From a virus (taxonomy: Duplodnaviria; Caudoviricetes): a stretch of DNA of 64,000 nt. Positions 58,295 to 64,000 of the stretch are shown here, one piece after another. The DNA lies in IMG/VR virus record IMGVR_UViG_3300010149_000008; one strand, given 5' to 3'. Every line of letters starts with the position of its first letter. The first letter of the stretch is position 1. The translations under genes were made by a program, and so were the position numbers. The notes below the pieces were generated by a model that saw nothing but the letters and a program-made list of their open reading frames with translations, did no database searches and was not told where the DNA came from.

Positions 58295-59089
58295 ATGGAA
58301 CAGTTTAAAACATTAAACAAAGATAAAGATTATGTGATATCGCTCCAACAAGAAGTAGGTGTTACTGCAGACGGTGTTTACGGTCCTAATACACATAGAG
58401 CTGTAAGGAATTACTATGGCATGCCTATTATGATGCATATGGGCAAAGTTGTACCTATAGACTCACCTTTAGAGATAGACTGGTCTACGTCTCTATACGA
58501 GCTAGATGACGGAACAAAAAACTGGTATAACAGAAAATCAGATCCTAGCACGATTTGTGTTCACTGGGGTGGTTTAAATACAAGACATTGCTATAATGTT
58601 TTTAACTTAGCTAAGGGTAGACATGTATCATCACACTTTCTTATTGGTAAAAATCATAAGACAGACGAATATGAAATTTTGCAATGTCTAGACACAGGAT
58701 TAGTTGCATATCATGCAGGTAAATTCAATAAACATTCTATAGGTATCGATATTTGTATGCATCCAGAAGAAAAGTATTGGGAACGTACAAAAAAATGGTA
58801 CCCAGATGCTAGACTTGAAGTTTGTAAAATTCCTGATAGACGTGTTAAAGGTAGAAAAACTGTAATGATTGGAGAAGAATTATCTGAACTTTCAAGAGAC
58901 TTTTTGCAATCATTAAGAGAATCAACAGGTTTGTTAGAAAAGCCGGTATGCGAAAGCTTAGAAGTAATGCCTGTAGCTGAAGCATCAAAATTTAGCATTG
59001 TAGGACATCACAATATATCAGCAAAAAAGTGGGATGTTATACCATGGGCAGAAAAGTTATACTACGGATTAGACAAGGAACTTTTTTAA
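58295..59089 (+). CDS. Endolysin: peptidoglycan-binding domain plus N-acetylmuramoyl-L-alanine amidase (Amidase_2)
   Basis: LQQEVGVTADGVYGPNT; ICVHW, SSHF, AYHAG, NKHSIGID, VGHHNI..KKWD. Confidence 0.85.
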   Translation: MEQFKTLNKDKDYVISLQQEVGVTADGVYGPNTHRAVRNYYGMPIMMHMGKVVPIDSPLEIDWSTSLYELDDGTKNWYNRKSDPSTICVHWGGLNTRHCYNVFNLAKGRHVSSHFLIGKNHKTDEYEILQCLDTGLVAYHAGKFNKHSIGIDICMHPEEKYWERTKKWYPDARLEVCKIPDRRVKGRKTVMIGEELSELSRDFLQSLRESTGLLEKPVCESLEVMPVAEASKFSIVGHHNISAKKWDVIPWAEKLYYGLDKELF

Positions 59090-59098
59090 AGGTTATTT

Positions 59099-59815
59099 AT
59101 GGAAAAATTACGTTATTTATACAATGATAAAATTGGCAGTGTAGAATTAGTTCAACATATGGGAGAAGATATAACTGTAGTTAATTCTGCGAGAGTATCA
59201 TTTGGTGTACAAAAACAAAAAATAGACGAAAAAGATAAAAAGCTAATTAGCTATCTTATTAAGCATAGACACACTTCTACTCTCGAGCATAATATTGCAA
59301 CTTTTAGAATTAAAGTTCCTTTGTTTGTTAGGTCTCAACATCATAGACACAGAACGTGGAGTTATAACGAAATATCTAGAAGATATACAGACGCTGATAT
59401 ACAGTTTTATGAGCCTTTGAGCTTTAGAACTCAACACAAAAGTAATAGACAAGCTTCAAATGCAGAAGATACAATCAACCCAGAAATAGAAATTAAAAGT
59501 GACATATGCTCAAAACCTTTAATTAAACTAGCTTCTAAAGCTATTGTTGATCATCATGACAGCTGTATAAAGCTTTTTGATAACTTACTTGCAGCAGGTG
59601 TCTGTAGAGAGCAGGCAAGAGGAATATTACCTCAAAACTTATACACAGAATATTATGCAACTGCAAATCTAAACAATATTTTAAAATTTATTGACTTAAG
59701 AACACACGAAGGTGCACAATGGGAAATACAACAGGTTGCATTGGCAATGTTAGATATTATAAAAGATCTGTGGCCAGAAACAGTAAATGCTTATAGAGAA
59801 ACTAGAGGCGTGTAA
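59099..59815 (+). CDS. thyX: FAD-dependent thymidylate synthase
   Basis: VVNSARVSF, HTSTLEH, RHRTWSYNEISRRY, REQARGILP, LRTHEGAQWEI. Confidence 0.97.
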   Translation: MEKLRYLYNDKIGSVELVQHMGEDITVVNSARVSFGVQKQKIDEKDKKLISYLIKHRHTSTLEHNIATFRIKVPLFVRSQHHRHRTWSYNEISRRYTDADIQFYEPLSFRTQHKSNRQASNAEDTINPEIEIKSDICSKPLIKLASKAIVDHHDSCIKLFDNLLAAGVCREQARGILPQNLYTEYYATANLNNILKFIDLRTHEGAQWEIQQVALAMLDIIKDLWPETVNAYRETRGV

Positions 59816-59838
59816 ATATTAAATTAATATTATATAAT
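59810..59838 (+). promoter_or_regulatory. Sigma70-like early promoter
   Basis: GTGTAA-N17-TATAAT; the -35 box overlaps the thyX stop codon. Confidence 0.72.
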
Positions 59839-59879
59839 TAATCCATAATTATTATTATATTCTACACGAGGTTATAATA

Positions 59880-60254
59880 ATGATTATAGAAGAAAAAAGA
59901 CGTCTTATTCTCGAGAGACATAAAGATTTAATCAATGCGTTAGTAAGATGCAGAATAATGATTGAAGACAGAGAAGATCCTACTGTATTAGACATAATGA
60001 CAGATATGAGGGCTCTTGAAGGAATTGTTACTGTTAGACAAACCCGACCAATCAGTGATCCAGTTACAAATGCAGGGCATAGAATAGTAGAGCTAAATGT
60101 CTCATATATTCCAAAGTTCATAAGTGAAGAAAACAAATTAAAAAAAGTAGCAAAATTAATAAAATCAGTTGAAGGTGTTGATATGATTAAGGTTATGGAG
60201 CACGACAACGATATTATTAATCAAAGATTACAAAAAAGACCAATGATTTTATAG
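59880..60254 (+). CDS. Hypothetical protein (possible ferredoxin/ACT-like fold)
   Basis: IMTDMRALEGIVTV...LIKSVEGVDMIKV repeated beta-alpha pattern. Confidence 0.5.
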   Translation: MIIEEKRRLILERHKDLINALVRCRIMIEDREDPTVLDIMTDMRALEGIVTVRQTRPISDPVTNAGHRIVELNVSYIPKFISEENKLKKVAKLIKSVEGVDMIKVMEHDNDIINQRLQKRPMIL

Positions 60255-60261
60255 GATAAAA

Positions 60262-60483
60262 ATGGAAAATAAAGATTTTAAATTAGATGACAATGTTATT
60301 GCACACATTGCAAGAATTTTACAGGTTTCAATGCTTACTGGAACTGATATTATTGATCATATGAGAATGATTAGATTTACTTGTAAAGATGAAAAGTTAG
60401 TATTGCAAGATGAGTACGCAAAAATTTTTGATGGATCTTTAGACAACATGCTTAAAAATGCGCAAGAAAAGAAAGATGACTAA
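60262..60483 (+). CDS. Small hypothetical protein
   Basis: 73 aa, SD agga, TAATG overlap with the next gene. Confidence 0.6.
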   Translation: MENKDFKLDDNVIAHIARILQVSMLTGTDIIDHMRMIRFTCKDEKLVLQDEYAKIFDGSLDNMLKNAQEKKDD

Positions 60484-60860
60484 TGAACAAAGACAAATTG
60501 TTTGATATTTTTGAAAAGCGTGAAAGTTTTATGCATTTAATTAAGCAAAAATTTGAAGACTCTTACCCACAGTGGCCAGTTGATTTATCAACAAAAAAAG
60601 CACAGCATACATGTAGAGAGACAGCGCTTAAAGGTGTTGAAGAAATGTTTGAAGCACTTGGTCATCTAAAAAACTGGAAGCCTCATCGCGAAACAGAAAT
60701 GCCTGAAATTGATAGAGAAGAGTTCTTAGAAGAAATTGTAGACGCTTTTAATTATTTTTTCTCTCTAATGATTTTAATCGGAGTTGACGTTGAAGAATTC
60801 TATACAGCTTTTTTAAGCAAGGATGAGATCATAAGAAATAGAATTATTCAAGGATACTAG
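60483..60860 (+). CDS. All-alpha NTP pyrophosphatase (MazG/dimeric dUTPase/T4 gp56 dCTPase-like)
   Basis: VEEMFEAL, KNWKPHR, EEFLEEIVDAFNYF. Confidence 0.8.
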   Translation: MNKDKLFDIFEKRESFMHLIKQKFEDSYPQWPVDLSTKKAQHTCRETALKGVEEMFEALGHLKNWKPHRETEMPEIDREEFLEEIVDAFNYFFSLMILIGVDVEEFYTAFLSKDEIIRNRIIQGY

Positions 60861-60862
60861 AT

Positions 60863-61534
60863 GTGATAAGTAAGCATGACACAATTAGTTTGTTTGGCAA
60901 CAAAAGCCTAAGAGCGTCATGCTTTGTATCATATGTGTGGAATATAATAGAAGACAAAATATTATATGTTCTAGGTATGACAAACAGTAATACAATTACT
61001 GTTTATATTGACAATGACAGCATAATATTTTCAGCTACTTCTAATCATAACATATTATGCGTTGAAAGATTTAACTTTTTTTACGATCATGTTTTAACAT
61101 CAATGACAGACTTATGCATAACTTTAACTGTAAACTTTATATCTTCTAAAATAAAAAAAATAAATTATGACATGTGCTCTTTTTACTATGACATAGAAAA
61201 CAAAGAAGATGATGGTATGATAGAAATATACTGTGACGCTTACTATGACATTGAAAGCTATAAAGATTTTAAGACAGAAATTACAATTCAACTAGCAAGA
61301 GAACTGCAGTATCTTATACATAGGAATATTATTGAAAGCAACATCGATACATGTGAAGTTGCAAAAATAGATTCAGTTTTTGAATGTGTTAATATTGTTA
61401 GAAAAGTAAAGAGTATAAGTTTTAAATCAGCAGCTGATTATTTACTTAATATAGATAAAGTGTCTATAGAAGAATATCAAGAAGTGTGTAATATAAACAA
61501 AGAGGTTGAACATGAAATCAGAAAACAACAATAA
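60863..61534 (+). CDS. Hypothetical protein
   Basis: 223-aa ORF with a GTG start; no motif recognised. Confidence 0.5.
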   Translation: MISKHDTISLFGNKSLRASCFVSYVWNIIEDKILYVLGMTNSNTITVYIDNDSIIFSATSNHNILCVERFNFFYDHVLTSMTDLCITLTVNFISSKIKKINYDMCSFYYDIENKEDDGMIEIYCDAYYDIESYKDFKTEITIQLARELQYLIHRNIIESNIDTCEVAKIDSVFECVNIVRKVKSISFKSAADYLLNIDKVSIEEYQEVCNINKEVEHEIRKQQ

Positions 61535-61880
61535 AACTAGGCGAAGCGATTTAGCTTATGAGGCAAAAGATCTTTTACAAAAAGCTTCACGTGTTCCTAC
61601 AAAATGGTTAGATATTTTTAATGCTATAGAAATGTTTAGAAAAAAAGTACAAGCAGGAAGAGATTCATACGACTCTACAGCTAACGATTCGCAAGTAGGT
61701 CTAATGTCACCAATGCTTGTCATGTTTGCTTTAATGCTTGAGACTAACATGTTAATGGAACCATTAGACACAAACATAATAATAAACATACTTTCAGATA
61801 ATTTCCGTGAAGAAAGGCACATTGAAACGCTTAAAGAGCTACTGCGTACACTTCACCCAGAAAAAAAAGAGTTTAAATGA
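61506..61880 (+). CDS. Hypothetical protein
   Basis: 124-aa ORF overlapping both neighbours; SD gagg. Confidence 0.5.
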   Translation: MNMKSENNNKTRRSDLAYEAKDLLQKASRVPTKWLDIFNAIEMFRKKVQAGRDSYDSTANDSQVGLMSPMLVMFALMLETNMLMEPLDTNIIINILSDNFREERHIETLKELLRTLHPEKKEFK

Positions 61881-62803
61881 AAAATAATTTAACTATTAAA
61901 AGCTTACTAAAGCTTCAAGACAATTTTTCTTCTACATTTTATGATAAAAAAACAATGTCAGCAAAACAAAAAGAAGAAATGTTAAAAACAATTACATTAG
62001 CAATGCATCATGAAGTATCAGAAATTGTTTCTTCTTCTAACTTTAAAGTTTTTGATAAAACTGACTATGAAGTAGATAAAGATAAGATTTTATATAATTC
62101 TATAGATGTGTTTAGATATCTAATGGCAATAATGAATCTTTATGAAATATCTAGCGAAGAATTTATTTCTTCATTTGACGAGAGAGATATTCATTTAAAA
62201 GTAAGCAAGAACATTAAAAGCCCAGAAACATCTCAAAAGGTTATTGTTGTTGACATAGATGACGTTGTTTGTGACTTTCGTAACTATTTTAATAATTGGT
62301 TGTATAAGACTTACGGTGTTTACGTAGATCAAAATAATACTTCTTACTATTCTTCAAAAGAAGTAAAAAATAAAGGTTTGAGTCCTGAAGGTGTTTTTGA
62401 AAATTTCATTTCATGTAATGAATTTCTTAACATTCCACCAATAGATAGCATGGTAAAATTTCTAAGGTTGGCAAAAGAAGAAAATATATACATTCAGCTC
62501 CTTACTTCTAGACCAAGCAGCAATTTAAAATGTAAATATCAAACTTATGCTTGGCTAGAAAATAACAATATACCTTTTGACAATTTAGACTTTGCGGCAG
62601 AAAAATATATTTGGGTTGCAAAACGTGACTTTTATTTAAACGGGAATTTAATGTGTGCTATAGATGACAGTCCTAAACATGCAATGGAGTACGCAACTCA
62701 CGACATTAAAGTCTTTGTACCAAAAATGCCATACAATGATCAAATAAGTCATGAAAACATACATCACTACGTTCTTGAAGACTTAGAAAAATTTAAATTT
62801 TAA
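61877..62803 (+). CDS. Fusion of a degenerate MazG-like domain and a HAD 5'(3')-deoxyribonucleotidase-like domain
   Basis: N-terminus MHHEVSEIV...ILYNSIDVFRY; C-terminus VIVVDIDDVVCDF (DxD), LLTSRP, CAIDDSP. Confidence 0.8.
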   Translation: MKNNLTIKSLLKLQDNFSSTFYDKKTMSAKQKEEMLKTITLAMHHEVSEIVSSSNFKVFDKTDYEVDKDKILYNSIDVFRYLMAIMNLYEISSEEFISSFDERDIHLKVSKNIKSPETSQKVIVVDIDDVVCDFRNYFNNWLYKTYGVYVDQNNTSYYSSKEVKNKGLSPEGVFENFISCNEFLNIPPIDSMVKFLRLAKEENIYIQLLTSRPSSNLKCKYQTYAWLENNNIPFDNLDFAAEKYIWVAKRDFYLNGNLMCAIDDSPKHAMEYATHDIKVFVPKMPYNDQISHENIHHYVLEDLEKFKF

Positions 62804-62807
62804 TTAC

Positions 62808-62836
62808 GTGTAAATATTGTCAACACGTATTATAAT
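62808..62836 (+). promoter_or_regulatory. Sigma70-like early promoter
   Basis: GTGTAA-N17-TATAAT upstream of the second ThyX-like gene. Confidence 0.75.
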
Positions 62837-62895
62837 ATTAAAGTAATAAGAAAAAATACTTTATATGATATTAAAAACAAATCACGGAGAAATAT

Positions 62896-63882
62896 ATGCC
62901 TGTTAACAACAATCTTGAACCAGTAGCACTTCCTATGCAGCTTAAGTTTGGACAAGATCCAGTTACAAATTACATTAACAATCTAGAATCACTAAAAGTA
63001 GAAGTAATTGATGCGCCTACAAGAGAACAAGCACAAAATATTGCTTGGCACATGACAAAAGCAACATGGGCAGATTCACCTTCTGAAACTGATTTTAAGA
63101 ACTCAACACCCGAAGAGGCTTCTACAAATCTTCAAGATGTACTTAATTTTCGTGCACTTCCTACTCCAATGGAGTGTTTAGGATTTACATTTAAGATTAG
63201 TGGTATTGATGTACAAACTGTTACACATCTTATTCGTCATAGAGCAGGATCTTTTGCAGCACAATGTACAGGTGACAGAGACTTGAGACACGATAATGCA
63301 CTAGTTCCTGAGTCAATTGAAAACTGCAGAAAAGATGATGATGACTTTTATTTTAGGTATTTAGATATTGTCAAGGAAGCAAAACTACTATACTCTGAAA
63401 TGGTTGATAGCAAAAAAGTTTCAATGATGGACGCAAGAGTAATACTTCCTAAGTGCATGGAGACTTTTTATATTGCAAGATTTAATCTTAAAGACTTGAT
63501 CGGTTTTATTAAACAACGTCAAGACGTTCAAATCCAACCTGAGGTTGATAATATTTTAGCAACGCGCATCGCACGTGCTGTTTGTGAAGCAATTCCAGAA
63601 GTATCAACTTGTCTAGACTTTAACAAGCCTGATATGCACTACGTAAGAACTTTTAGAGTTAAATTGCCAGATGGAACTTACACTTCTCGTGGAACAAATC
63701 TATATCAGCCAGAACCTAAAAATGATTTATTTGATTATAATGAAAATGATTCAATATACCAGTGCAAAAGAGAAGACTTAAATGGTAATAAGTCAGGTGA
63801 AGAAAAAGTATTTACACGAATGTGGAATGACGATGTAAAAGCTGTAAGTTTAATTAAACAAAAACTTAATAGCGAATTTTAG
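62896..63882 (+). CDS. Second, divergent ThyX-like flavoprotein
   Basis: FTFKISGID..TVTHLIRHRAGSFAAQC, DARVILP, NLKDLIGFIKQR; motif Ser replaced by Cys. Confidence 0.8.
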   Translation: MPVNNNLEPVALPMQLKFGQDPVTNYINNLESLKVEVIDAPTREQAQNIAWHMTKATWADSPSETDFKNSTPEEASTNLQDVLNFRALPTPMECLGFTFKISGIDVQTVTHLIRHRAGSFAAQCTGDRDLRHDNALVPESIENCRKDDDDFYFRYLDIVKEAKLLYSEMVDSKKVSMMDARVILPKCMETFYIARFNLKDLIGFIKQRQDVQIQPEVDNILATRIARAVCEAIPEVSTCLDFNKPDMHYVRTFRVKLPDGTYTSRGTNLYQPEPKNDLFDYNENDSIYQCKREDLNGNKSGEEKVFTRMWNDDVKAVSLIKQKLNSEF

Positions 63883-63961
63883 TGTAAAACTGTTATAGAC
63901 AGTACATATTAATGAAAAATAATTAAAAACTTGGTAATTTATTTATAAAAGGAACAATTCA

Positions 63962-64000
63962 ATGAAAAAGATTTATCTTGCTAGCGGTTGGTTTAATACT
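63962..64000 (+). CDS. Start of a probable nucleoside 2-deoxyribosyltransferase-family protein (truncated by the window)
   Basis: SD aagga, then MKKIYLASGWFNT, which resembles the KIYLAGPxF N-terminus of the NDT/MilB fold; only 13 codons visible. Confidence 0.5.
   Translation, partial: MKKIYLASGWFNT

Noticed and set aside
1-64000. Stop-codon reassignment, introns or inteins in nrdA, recA, helicase or capsid genes
   Set aside because: ORFs are full-length under the standard code, all three stop codons end genes, and no intein or homing-endonuclease insert is evident in these genes.

Overview
A 64-kb segment of a large, AT-rich, lytic T4-like tailed phage (contractile-tail myovirus) genome; no integrase, tRNA or CRISPR array was seen. 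Order: (1) head genes: a 5'-truncated scaffold/prohead-core protein and a gp23-type major capsid protein with a large insertion; (2) an accessory region (3.6-14.6 kb) with a VOC/glyoxalase, a GIY-YIG nuclease, an inverted block (PolX-like, AEP-like, repeat lipoprotein), membrane proteins, a kinase-like protein and probable decoration proteins; (3) neck and tail genes (14.8-47.4 kb): gp13/14/15-like, THREE tail-sheath paralogs around one tube gene, a chaperone pair joined by a probable frameshift, TWO tandem tape-measure paralogs, and tube-initiator, LysM/gpX-like and hub proteins; (4) replication and nucleotide metabolism (47.5-64 kb): mini PolA, degenerate HD protein, SSB, RecA/UvsX, 5' nuclease, helicase, dUTPase, NrdA/B, thioredoxin, ClpP, amidase endolysin and ThyX. 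It ends in a cluster with a MazG/dCTPase-like protein, a pseudo-MazG-HAD fusion, a second ThyX with Cys in place of the motif Ser, and the start of a probable nucleoside deoxyribosyltransferase. The best candidates for undescribed biology are this possible base-modification cluster, the multi-sheath/double tape-measure tail, and a PolX that may be packaged in the head and released by protease. All family calls come from motif recognition by eye, without database searches.
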